Assembly: GCA_043779265.1 (NCBI GenBank)
Contig: JAYWEM010000065.1
Coordinates: 1-43,492, forward strand
Direction: 5' to 3'
DNA from: a bacterium
Lineage (GTDB): Bacteria; Eisenbacteria; RBG-16-71-46
Length of the DNA: 43,492 bases
Made by a program: the position numbers and the translations under genes. This document shows positions 29,047-37,304 of this stretch, piece after piece (position 1 is the stretch's first letter; each line of letters begins with the position of its first letter). Under the pieces are notes generated by a model, which was given only the letters and a program-made list of their open reading frames with translations, ran no database searches and was not told the origin of the DNA.

Positions 29047-30372
29047 TTGAGCGAAATCCAGAGTCGACGGGGCAAGGCAGCGTTCCGCTCGTATTTCGTG
29101 CTCCTGCTCGTGATCACGGCGGCTGCGCTCGCGCAGTTGGCCCCGGGCACGCCCGCGCCGGCACTCGCTCTGCTGCTCGCGGCTGGAGCACTGCTGGCCA
29201 TTGCGGAGGCCGTTCCGGTTCCCATGCCGAGTGGCGGCTACGTCAGCGCGGCGACCATGATCGAGTTGCCGCTCCTGCTGCTCGCCGGTCCGTTCTGGAC
29301 GTGCTGCGTCGTGCTGGCGGTCACCCTGCTCGTTCATGGGATCCTGAAGCGCCGGGCCCCGCTGCGTGTGGCTCACAATGCCGCGCTGTTCATGGTGATG
29401 ATCGTCTCCGCCTCGATGGTATTCGAATCCCTCGGCGGGACGCCCGGAGCTTTGCGCTTCCCGCGGGACGCGGGGGCGATGGTGGCGGCAGGTCTCACGT
29501 TCTTCGCCGTGAACTCGATCGGCGTCTCGCTCGCCATCGGACTGACGGCGGGCCCCAGCCCGTGGCGGATCTGGCAGCGTGAGTTCCAGCAGGGGATCCT
29601 GCATCACCTCTCGTTCGTGGCACTCGGCGGGTTGGTGGCCGTGATCGTCTCGGCGACCGGTCCGTGGGGACTGGCGCTCTGCGCGCTGCCGTTGCTCGTC
29701 TCGAGGCACTCGTTCCAACTCGACCTGGAGCTGCGAAGCGACCTCAAATCGTTCGTCCGTACGCTGACCGAGGTGCTCGAGGAGGTCGATCCCTATACGC
29801 GCCACCACTCGCATCGGGTCTCGGAGTACTCGGTGCGATTGGCCCGCGGGCTCAGGCGGTCGGAGGCGGAGGTCGAGGAGATCGAATACGCCGCGCTCGT
29901 GCACGACCTCGGCAAGATCGGCCCGGCCCACCAGCACATCCTCCAGAAGCCCGGATCGCTCTCGCACGAGGAGCAACGCACACTGCGCGCGCATCCTGCC
30001 GCGGGAGCCGAGATCGTCAGCAAGGTGAGGGCGTTGCGCCGCGTCTCGGAGATCGTTCGCGCCCACCATGAGCGCCCCGACGGACAGGGCTACCCCTACG
30101 GCCTGCGCTCCGAAGACGTGCCGCTCGGTGCGCGCATCCTGAACGTGGCCGATGCGTTCGACGCGATGACGTCCGACCGACCTTACCGCCGCGCTCTTCC
30201 GATGGACGCCGCCATTCGCGAACTCGAGCGTGGAGCGGGGACGCAGTTCGATGCTCAGGTGGTCGGCTGCCTACTCCGGCTGACGCGCGAGGACCGGTTC
30301 GCACTGATCCCGAGTCCGAGCAGCGAGGATCTCCAGTTGCTCCGGCTCCGCCTGCGCGTGGGAGGGGCGTGA
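29047..30372 (+). CDS. Membrane-integral HD-GYP domain phosphodiesterase (c-di-GMP or related cyclic dinucleotide)
   Basis: About 6-7 hydrophobic segments in the N-terminal half. DPYTRHHS.RV, HDLGK, ILQKPG.L, HHERPDGQGYPYGL, ARIL.VADAFDAMTSDRPYR, GTQFD. Confidence 0.93.
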   Translation: MSEIQSRRGKAAFRSYFVLLLVITAAALAQLAPGTPAPALALLLAAGALLAIAEAVPVPMPSGGYVSAATMIELPLLLLAGPFWTCCVVLAVTLLVHGILKRRAPLRVAHNAALFMVMIVSASMVFESLGGTPGALRFPRDAGAMVAAGLTFFAVNSIGVSLAIGLTAGPSPWRIWQREFQQGILHHLSFVALGGLVAVIVSATGPWGLALCALPLLVSRHSFQLDLELRSDLKSFVRTLTEVLEEVDPYTRHHSHRVSEYSVRLARGLRRSEAEVEEIEYAALVHDLGKIGPAHQHILQKPGSLSHEEQRTLRAHPAAGAEIVSKVRALRRVSEIVRAHHERPDGQGYPYGLRSEDVPLGARILNVADAFDAMTSDRPYRRALPMDAAIRELERGAGTQFDAQVVGCLLRLTREDRFALIPSPSSEDLQLLRLRLRVGGA

Positions 30373-31388
30373 TGCGCTATCGCGACGCGGGGGTCGATGT
30401 CTCGCGGTCGGATGCCATCAAGGACGACGTCATCCGCGCCATCCGCTCGACCTGGAACCCGACGGTGCGGCCAGTGGTCGGCGGTTTCGCCGGCATCATG
30501 GCCATGCCCGGGGGCGGATCCCTCGTGGCCGCGACCATGGACGGCGTGGGTACCAAGCTGCATCTCGCCAAGGAAGCCGGTCGGCTCGAGGATGCGGCAG
30601 CCGATCTCGTGTTCCACGGCGCCGATGATCTGCTCGTCCATGGCGCACGTCCGTTCGCGTTCCTGGACTACATCGCCCAGGCGCGGCTCGAACACGACAC
30701 CGTGGTCGCGATCGTGACGGGACTGTCGAGAGCATGCCGTGATGTGGGCGCCGTCCTGCTGGGTGGCGAGACGGCGGAGATGCCCGACACCTACCTCGAG
30801 GGAGTCGTCGATGTGGCCGGCTGCATGCTCGGTCATGTCGCCCCCGATGCGGTGCTCGATGGCTCGCGCGTCCGTCCCGGGGACGTCTTGTTGGGACTGG
30901 CTTCGGCCGGACCCCACACCAATGGGTACTCGTTGGCTCGCCGCGTGCTCAAGGTGACCGGGACGCCGCTCGCGGCGCCGCTCCCGGGTGGGGAGGGAGT
31001 CTCGGTCGGCGATGCCCTGTTGGCGCCGCACCAGTGGTACGGCCCCGCGCTCCTGGGGGCGATCGAGCTGGGTCAAGTGCGCGCGATGGCTCATGTGACC
31101 GGCGGTGGCATCGCCGGGAACCTCGTGCGCGTTCTGCCGGATCGCTGCCGCGCGAGTGTCCGGGCTTCGAGCTGGCCGAGGCCGGCGGTGATGCGGTGGT
31201 TGATCGAGCAGGGAGCCCTGCCCGAGGACGACGCGCGACAGGCGCTCAACCTCGGCATCGGCATGGTCGTGGTCACGGCCGCGTCCGACGCGGACGCCGT
31301 CGCGGCACAGGTGGAACGGGCCGGCATCCGCGCTTGGCGGGTCGGCGAGGTGAGCGAGGGGCCGAAGGGCGTGGACTGGGTCGATTGA
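30372..31388 (+). CDS. purM: Phosphoribosylformylglycinamidine cyclo-ligase (AIR synthetase)
   Basis: YRDAGVD, GGFAG, DGVGTKL, FLDYIA, LLGGETAEMP, ASAGPHTNGYSLAR, AHVTGGG..GN..R, LNLGIGM. Confidence 0.96.
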   Translation: MRYRDAGVDVSRSDAIKDDVIRAIRSTWNPTVRPVVGGFAGIMAMPGGGSLVAATMDGVGTKLHLAKEAGRLEDAAADLVFHGADDLLVHGARPFAFLDYIAQARLEHDTVVAIVTGLSRACRDVGAVLLGGETAEMPDTYLEGVVDVAGCMLGHVAPDAVLDGSRVRPGDVLLGLASAGPHTNGYSLARRVLKVTGTPLAAPLPGGEGVSVGDALLAPHQWYGPALLGAIELGQVRAMAHVTGGGIAGNLVRVLPDRCRASVRASSWPRPAVMRWLIEQGALPEDDARQALNLGIGMVVVTAASDADAVAAQVERAGIRAWRVGEVSEGPKGVDWVD

Positions 31389-31422
31389 CCGAGCGCGCTC
31401 CCGGTTCGATCCCCGGGAGAGG

Positions 31423-32442
31423 ATGCACGGACCCATGGGACGCGAGCAGTCGATCGGCAGGCCCCCGACCGAGGAGGTGATCGGCGAGTCCTCCGCCTGG
31501 ATGTCGCTACTCGATCGTGTACCGGCGATCGCGACGAGTGGCCTTCCCGTCCTGCTGTTGGGCGAGACCGGAAGTGGCAAGGAAGTGGTGGCGAGGACGC
31601 TGCACCGCTGCAGCACGAGAAGGGCCCACCCCTTCGTCGCGCACAACTGCGGCGCCACGCCCGACAGTCTCATCGAGAGCGAACTGTTCGGCCATGCGCG
31701 AGGGGCATTCACCGGTGCGGTGAGCGATCGCGAGGGTCTGTTCGACGCGGCCGGCCGTGGCACGCTGTTCCTGGATGAGATCGGGGACGCGAGCCCGCTC
31801 CTGCAGATGAAGCTCCTGCGCGTGCTCCAGGAGGGCGAGGCGCGTCGGGTGGGGGACACGCGAGTGCGGACGGTGGACGTGCGGATCATCGCGGCGACCC
31901 ACCAACCACTCGAGCAGGGCGTGCGGACGGCGCGGTTCCGCGCCGATCTGTTCTTCCGCCTCGCCGCGGTGCGGCTCCCGATCCCCGCATTGCGCGAGCG
32001 TGGCCGTGATGTGCTGCTGCTAGCGCGGCACTTCCTGGCACTCGCCGCCGAGGAGGAGGGACGATCGGCCCCGTCGATCGAGCCGGGTCTCGCCGAGTGG
32101 ATGGGGCGCTATCCTTGGCCGGGCAACGTGCGCGAACTGGCCAACGCCTGTCGCTTCGCGATCCGAGTCGGCGGTGCGCGTGAGCAGGTCACGCGCGCCC
32201 ACTGGCCCGAGGTCCCATTCCTCGATGCCGTTGCGGAGGGACGTGGGCTCCATGCGGAGACGCGAGCACTCGAGGAACGCCGTTTGAAGGAGGCGCTGCA
32301 CCGGACGCATGGCAACAAGGCGGCCGCGGCGCGTGCGCTGGGTCTGTCGCGGCAGGGCCTGCTGAAGAAGCTGCGTCGTTACGGGCTCACCGAGGAGGAG
32401 CGCGAGCAGGCCACGCTTGACGGAGTTCCGGGCGCTGACTAG
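31423..32442 (+). CDS. Sigma54-dependent enhancer-binding activator with Fis-type HTH and no N-terminal sensor domain
   Basis: GETGSGKE, NCGA, ESELFGH..GAFTGA, LFLDEIGD, QMKLLRVLQ, RFRADLFFRL, WPGNVREL, GNKAAAARALGLSR. Only about 18 aa precede the AAA+ domain. Confidence 0.93.
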   Translation: MHGPMGREQSIGRPPTEEVIGESSAWMSLLDRVPAIATSGLPVLLLGETGSGKEVVARTLHRCSTRRAHPFVAHNCGATPDSLIESELFGHARGAFTGAVSDREGLFDAAGRGTLFLDEIGDASPLLQMKLLRVLQEGEARRVGDTRVRTVDVRIIAATHQPLEQGVRTARFRADLFFRLAAVRLPIPALRERGRDVLLLARHFLALAAEEEGRSAPSIEPGLAEWMGRYPWPGNVRELANACRFAIRVGGAREQVTRAHWPEVPFLDAVAEGRGLHAETRALEERRLKEALHRTHGNKAAAARALGLSRQGLLKKLRRYGLTEEEREQATLDGVPGAD

Positions 32443-32445
32443 CGT
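32417..32445 (+). promoter_or_regulatory. Putative sigma70 promoter TTGACG-N17-TAGCGT
   Basis: TTGACG 32417-32422 and TAGCGT 32440-32445, upstream of the oxidoreductase-lnt pair. Confidence 0.45.
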
Positions 32446-32558
32446 CGGCGGCGTCTCGTGTTCCGGCGCGTGCGGGTCACGTCGCGGGCTCCCTCGCGGG
32501 AGGCGCCGCGCTCCATGCGCCGACATCCTGGCCGTGAAATGGCTTTCGGGGAGGTCCT

Positions 32559-33572
32559 GTGGCGAAGAAGACGCTGCGCATCGGTCTGGTGGGAGTGGGT
32601 GCCGCCGCCCAGATCAATCATCTGCCCGCCATCAAGCGGACCGATGGTCTCGAGTTGGTGGCGTTGTGCGACCACGATCCCGAGAAGGCGCAGCGCGTCG
32701 CCCAGAAGTTCGGTGTCGAGTCGAGTCATCGCCGCTTCGAGGATCTGCTCGCGGATGACTCGATCGATGCCGTGGACATCACGACTCCCAACTACCTGCA
32801 CGCACCCATGGCGATCGCGGCTCTCGAATCGGGCAAGCACGTGCTATGTGAGCGACCGCTGGCCCGCAGCGCGACCGAGGCCGAGGCTATGCGCAAGGCC
32901 GCGAAGAAGGCCGACCGCCAGTTGGTCTGTGCGGTTCAGCACCGCTTCCGCCCCGATGCCCAGCTGCTGCGACGGTTCGTGGACAAGGGCGACTTGGGCG
33001 ATGTGTTCTTCGCCAAAGCAGGCTGGCTGCGGCAGAAGACCGACTGGGATTCGGACGAGTGGCGTCGCCAGCAGCGTGAATCGGGCGGTGGTGTCGTGCT
33101 CGACTTGGGGTTCCAGATGCTCGATCTGTCGCTCTGGGTGCTCGGAGCGCCGAAGGTCGTCTCGGTCACGGCGAGCGTCCATCGCGGCGGCAAAGGGGAG
33201 GTCGAGGACAGTGCAACGGCGTTCCTCCGCCTCGAGAGCGGCGCCACGCTGACGCTGGAGCTGACCTGGGGCCTGCTGATGGAGAAGGACTTCCACTACC
33301 TGAACCTGTTCGGCTCGGGCGGTGCGGCCCTCCTCAACCCGTTCCGTGTCCACAAGGGCATGCACGGGACGCTGGTCAACGTGACGCCGACGCTCGAGAC
33401 CTCGCGCAACCAGTATCGTCAGTCGATGGAGGCGCAGGTCGCGCACTTCGCGGACTCGCTGCGAGCCGGTCGCAAGCCGATGGGATCGGCGGATGAGATC
33501 CTGCCGGTCATGCAGTTGATGGATGCGATCTACCGCAGCGCCGAGCAGGGGAAGGAAGTGAAGGTGGGGTGA
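32559..33572 (+). CDS. Gfo/Idh/MocA family NAD(P)-dependent oxidoreductase
   Basis: IGLVGVG, DAVDITTPN.LH, GKHVLCERPL, GGGVVLDLG. GGAGG RBS. Confidence 0.92.
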   Translation: MAKKTLRIGLVGVGAAAQINHLPAIKRTDGLELVALCDHDPEKAQRVAQKFGVESSHRRFEDLLADDSIDAVDITTPNYLHAPMAIAALESGKHVLCERPLARSATEAEAMRKAAKKADRQLVCAVQHRFRPDAQLLRRFVDKGDLGDVFFAKAGWLRQKTDWDSDEWRRQQRESGGGVVLDLGFQMLDLSLWVLGAPKVVSVTASVHRGGKGEVEDSATAFLRLESGATLTLELTWGLLMEKDFHYLNLFGSGGAALLNPFRVHKGMHGTLVNVTPTLETSRNQYRQSMEAQVAHFADSLRAGRKPMGSADEILPVMQLMDAIYRSAEQGKEVKVG

Positions 33573-33573
33573 G

Positions 33574-35103
33574 GTGACGCCCGCCCCGAGACGTGAGCTC
33601 CTGCTTGCCGCCGCATCGGGCCTCCTGCTTGGTGCGGCGTTCCTGCCGGTCGCGCTTCCGGTGCTCGCATGGTTCGCGTTCGTTCCGCTGCTCCTCATGC
33701 TCGAGCGACGGATCGAGGCGGGAGCGAAGCTGCGCTCGCTGTTCGCCCTCGGCTACGCAGGGGGCCTCGCGTTCTTCCTGACCGGAACGCACTGGCTCGC
33801 CCTGCTCAACGACGTCGCACTCACGGTACCCGCGCTCAAGTACCTGGGCTGGGTGCTGGCCGGAGCCTATCTCGCCGTCTACTGGGGCCTCGGCGTGCTC
33901 CTCGCCGGATTCCTGTCACGGCGCAGCGGCGTTCCGGCGCGATGGACATTCGTCGCGGCGATGATGGTGGTCGAGGAGCTTCGGGGTTCGGGGGAGCTCG
34001 GCTTCCCGTGGTTCCAGCCCGGCTACACGCAGCACACGATGCCCCCGGCCCTCGCGATGGCGAGCCTCGGCAGCGTGACGCTCGTGACGATCTGGGTCCT
34101 CGCGACGAATGCCTGCGTCGTGGCGGCATGGCGGTCGCGCCGCCCGCGTGCCGTGATCGCTCTGGCCGTCTGTCTCGCGTTGCCGTGGTTGCAGCCGGCC
34201 GCGTGGGCTCCGCCCGACCTCGGCGAGGGGCGTCCGCACGTCTCGCTGGTGCAGGGCAACATCCCCGGAAGCATCAAGTGGAGCGGGACGCATCAGAGCG
34301 AGATCCTCGCGTCATTCATCGCGCTCACCGACTCCGCCTCGAGGCACGACCCCAAGCCCTTGCTGCATGTCTGGCCGGAGACGGCGACCGGGAGTTATCT
34401 GCGCAAGCAGGTGGACCAATCCCTCCAGGTCGCGGCCCTCGCCTCGAGAGTCGGCGCTCCCGTCTTCAGTGGGTTCGCGGACTACGACTACGCGCCCGAT
34501 GGCAGGCCGCGCGCTTCGAACGCGGCGGGCCAGTGGGGCCCCGACGGATCGCTCTCGGGCACCTACGCCAAGCGGCACTTGGTCCCGTTCGGTGAGCGGA
34601 TGCCGTTCCAGTGGCTGGTCCCCGCGATCGGCAAGCTCGACCTCGGGCAGGCGGAGTGGACGCCGGGGGAGAGCACGGTCCTGCTGCCGAGTGCCTTCGG
34701 ACCGATGGCGACGCTCGTGTGCTTCGAGAGCATCTTCCCGGACCTCGCGAGGCGCGACGTGAACGAGGGCGCGCAGGTGCTCGTGAACATCACGAACGAC
34801 GAGTGGTTCGGGAACAGTGCCGCGCTCTACCAGCACGCCGCCATGGCGCCGATGCGAGCGGCCGAGAATGCGGTGCCGCTGATCCGCAGCGCCAACACCG
34901 GGCTGACGATGATCTGCGACGCCCGCGGCCGCGTGGTTGCTCGCGCGCCCGTGTTCACGCCGACGGCGCTTGTCGCGGCGGTTCCCTCCCCTGGACCCCG
35001 GACGCTCTATAGCCGACTTGGCGACTGGCCCGGCCTCGCGGCGGCGCTCGCCTGCATCGTGCTCCTGGTTTTCCGGAGGCGCCGTCCGTCCGTCGAGGAG
35101 TGA
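33574..35103 (+). CDS. lnt: Apolipoprotein N-acyltransferase
   Basis: Multi-TM N-terminus, GFPW, LVQGNI, WPET (Glu), YAKRHLVPFGE (Lys), VCFES (Cys), NITND.WFG, R.ANTG. Confidence 0.95.
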   Translation: MTPAPRRELLLAAASGLLLGAAFLPVALPVLAWFAFVPLLLMLERRIEAGAKLRSLFALGYAGGLAFFLTGTHWLALLNDVALTVPALKYLGWVLAGAYLAVYWGLGVLLAGFLSRRSGVPARWTFVAAMMVVEELRGSGELGFPWFQPGYTQHTMPPALAMASLGSVTLVTIWVLATNACVVAAWRSRRPRAVIALAVCLALPWLQPAAWAPPDLGEGRPHVSLVQGNIPGSIKWSGTHQSEILASFIALTDSASRHDPKPLLHVWPETATGSYLRKQVDQSLQVAALASRVGAPVFSGFADYDYAPDGRPRASNAAGQWGPDGSLSGTYAKRHLVPFGERMPFQWLVPAIGKLDLGQAEWTPGESTVLLPSAFGPMATLVCFESIFPDLARRDVNEGAQVLVNITNDEWFGNSAALYQHAAMAPMRAAENAVPLIRSANTGLTMICDARGRVVARAPVFTPTALVAAVPSPGPRTLYSRLGDWPGLAAALACIVLLVFRRRRPSVEE

Positions 35104-35106
35104 GCC

Positions 35107-35991
35107 TCACTCGGTCGTGCGGATCACCCCGGTCGCCAGGTCGTAGACGGCCCGCTTGATCGTCAGCTTCTTCTCCGAGATGTGGTCTCGGATGATGGAG
35201 CTGTTCGCCGCGAGATCGCGAGCGCTCTGGTGCACGTTGGAGAGGACCGAGCGGCTCAGGAGCTCCTCACCCTCGAAGCAGGTGCGCGGCTTCAGCGTGG
35301 CGGGCCGGATGCGATCGACGATGGCCTGCAGGTTGGGTGTCGGCATGTCGCCCGGCTGGAGCGCGGCGCTGACGGCACCGCAGCGCTCATGTCCGACGAC
35401 GACGATGAGAGGTGCATGCAGATGCACGACGGCGTACTCGATGGAGCCGAGGCCCACGGCGTCGGCCACATTGCCCGCCGTGCGCACGACGAACAGATCG
35501 CCGAGGCTCTGGTCGAACAGGAGTTCCGGGCTGACACGACTGTCGGCGCAGGCGAGCACGATGGTCCGGGGGCTCTGCGACCGGGCCAACGCCGCACGCT
35601 GAGCCGCATAGGGGCGCGGATCGGGCTTCCCGTCGACGAAGCGACGATTCCCTGCGAGCAGGACACTCCAGATCGCCTCCGCATCGAGCGCGTCGGTGTG
35701 CGCCGCCGCGTGGGTCGCGGCCGGAGCGGTGCGAGGCGAGCTCGCGACCGGATCCGCGGCGCGGACGTTCGTCTTCGTCGGCGACTTCGACTCGCTCGTG
35801 GTCGCGGTCTTGACGTGTCCGGCGTTCGCGACGTGCGAGTGTGTGGAATCAGAGGCGGCGAGGCGTTCGGCGACTCGCTGCTCGATCGCCCGGACCTGCT
35901 CGACGGGCCGCGCTGCTGCTGCCGGGTCAGCGGCGTGTGCGGCGCTCGCGAACAGCGTCAGCAGGCAGAGTGCCGGAAGAATGCGTGGCAT
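35107..35991 (-). CDS. Beta-class carbonic anhydrase with N-terminal signal peptide and low-complexity linker
   Basis: GNRRFV, CADSRV.PE..FD...GDLFVVR.AGN, SIEYA, GHERCGAV. Signal peptide ending AHA. Confidence 0.94.
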   Translation of the reverse strand: MPRILPALCLLTLFASAAHAADPAAAARPVEQVRAIEQRVAERLAASDSTHSHVANAGHVKTATTSESKSPTKTNVRAADPVASSPRTAPAATHAAAHTDALDAEAIWSVLLAGNRRFVDGKPDPRPYAAQRAALARSQSPRTIVLACADSRVSPELLFDQSLGDLFVVRTAGNVADAVGLGSIEYAVVHLHAPLIVVVGHERCGAVSAALQPGDMPTPNLQAIVDRIRPATLKPRTCFEGEELLSRSVLSNVHQSARDLAANSSIIRDHISEKKLTIKRAVYDLATGVIRTTE

Positions 35992-36138
35992 GCGTGGTCA
36001 TCCCCTCGTTCGAGCGGAGCGTGGCCCCGCAGTCCCCTCGGCGCCCGATGAGCGCACTCTCCACGACACGTTCGCCGCGAGTTCGATGTCCTGGTCATCG
36101 GCCCATCCGGGTTTCGACTTGATTCGAACGGTCGCGCG

Positions 36139-36168
36139 TTGACACATGCCGGGAACGCCGCCTAGATT
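36139..36168 (+). promoter_or_regulatory. Putative sigma70 promoter TTGACA-N18-TAGATT for asd-truA-htrA-purB-purL-purQ
   Basis: Consensus TTGACA 36139-36144 and TAGATT 36163-36168 in the divergent intergenic region. Confidence 0.65.
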
Positions 36169-36287
36169 GCGGTCTCCGCACGTTCCATCCCACCACCTCC
36201 TCATGATGGAGTATCGCTGGTGTCGCCGGTTCCGCCGGACCCACCCGGATCCTCCCGCGCCGAGACGCGGGTCACCGGGGAAGCAGC

Positions 36288-37304
36288 GTGAGTCGCACGG
36301 TCGCCATTCTGGGCGCGACTGGCCTGGTCGGCCGCACCATGCTCCGACTCCTGGAGGAGCGCGCGTTCCCCTGCGAGTCCGTGCGGTTGTTCGCGAGTGA
36401 GCGCTCAGCGGGTGAGCCGCTCGCATTCCGGGGCGCTGAACTGCGCGTCGAGCCCGTGAACGAGGGCTGCTTCCGTGGCGTCGAAGTGGCGCTGTTCGCC
36501 GTCGACAACTCGCAGGCGCAGCGCTGGGCTCCGATCGCACGCGCCGAGGGCGCGATCGTCATCGACAACAGCAGCGCCTATCGCTATGACGACGCGGTCC
36601 CGCTCGTGGTGCCCGAAGTGAACGGCGAGTTGCTCGATGCCAGGCCGACACTGATCGCCAATCCGAACTGCTCGGCCGCGCCGATCGTGATGGTGCTCGC
36701 CGCACTCCGACCCCTCGGCACATTGAAGTCACTGGTGGTGAGCACTTATCAGTCGGTCTCGGGCGCTGGTTCCGAGGCGCTGACCGACCTCGAGAACGGT
36801 CTGCGCGCGGGACTCGAGGGCGAGGTGCCGTCGCGCTCGGAGGGCCGGCCAGCGTTCGCGTTCAACTGCATTCCGCACATCGATCGGTTCGAGACGAATG
36901 GCTACACGCGCGAGGAGATGAAGGTGGTGTGGGAGGCTCGTCGGATCCTGGCGATGCCCGACCTGCCGGTCAGCGTGACCGCCGTGCGCGTCCCGGTCCG
37001 CATCGGTCACTCGGCCAGCGTGCACGCCACTTTCGATCGGCCGATCGATCCCGATGTCGCACGCGAGGCGGCCCGGCGTTTCCCCGGCCTCGAAGTGGTG
37101 GACGATCCCGATTCGGCGCGCTACCCGATGCCGCTCGGCGCAGCCGGACTCGATGTGGTGCAGGTGGGGCGCATCCGTCGCGACCTCGCCCACCCCAACG
37201 GGCTTGTGCTGTGGGTCGTGTCCGACAATCTCAGGAAGGGAGCTGCACTCAACGCCGTTCAGATCGCCGAGCGGATCGTGGGCACCCCCGCGGTCGCCGG
37301 TTGA
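36288..37304 (+). CDS. asd: Aspartate-semialdehyde dehydrogenase
   Basis: ILGATGLVG, IDNSSA.R, VVPEVN, IANPNCS, STYQSVSGAG, FNCIPHID, YTREEMK, VRVPV..GHS, DNLRKGAALNAVQIAE. Confidence 0.97.
   Translation: MSRTVAILGATGLVGRTMLRLLEERAFPCESVRLFASERSAGEPLAFRGAELRVEPVNEGCFRGVEVALFAVDNSQAQRWAPIARAEGAIVIDNSSAYRYDDAVPLVVPEVNGELLDARPTLIANPNCSAAPIVMVLAALRPLGTLKSLVVSTYQSVSGAGSEALTDLENGLRAGLEGEVPSRSEGRPAFAFNCIPHIDRFETNGYTREEMKVVWEARRILAMPDLPVSVTAVRVPVRIGHSASVHATFDRPIDPDVAREAARRFPGLEVVDDPDSARYPMPLGAAGLDVVQVGRIRRDLAHPNGLVLWVVSDNLRKGAALNAVQIAERIVGTPAVAG

Noticed and set aside
32845..32862. CERPL instead of CEKP in the Gfo/Idh/MocA enzyme, and similar single changes in RpiB (DND for HND) and PurM (ADD for VND)
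   Set aside because: Single, fairly conservative substitutions that fit general lineage divergence. Not enough to claim an altered function.
36095..36122. Minus-strand TCAAG-N15-GCCGATGA resembling a sigma28 promoter for the carbonic anhydrase
   Set aside because: Spacing is one base longer than the consensus and nothing else in the window supports it.
36170..36287. Lysine or SAM riboswitch upstream of asd
   Set aside because: The leader is too short for a lysine riboswitch and lacks the conserved core sequences of either class.
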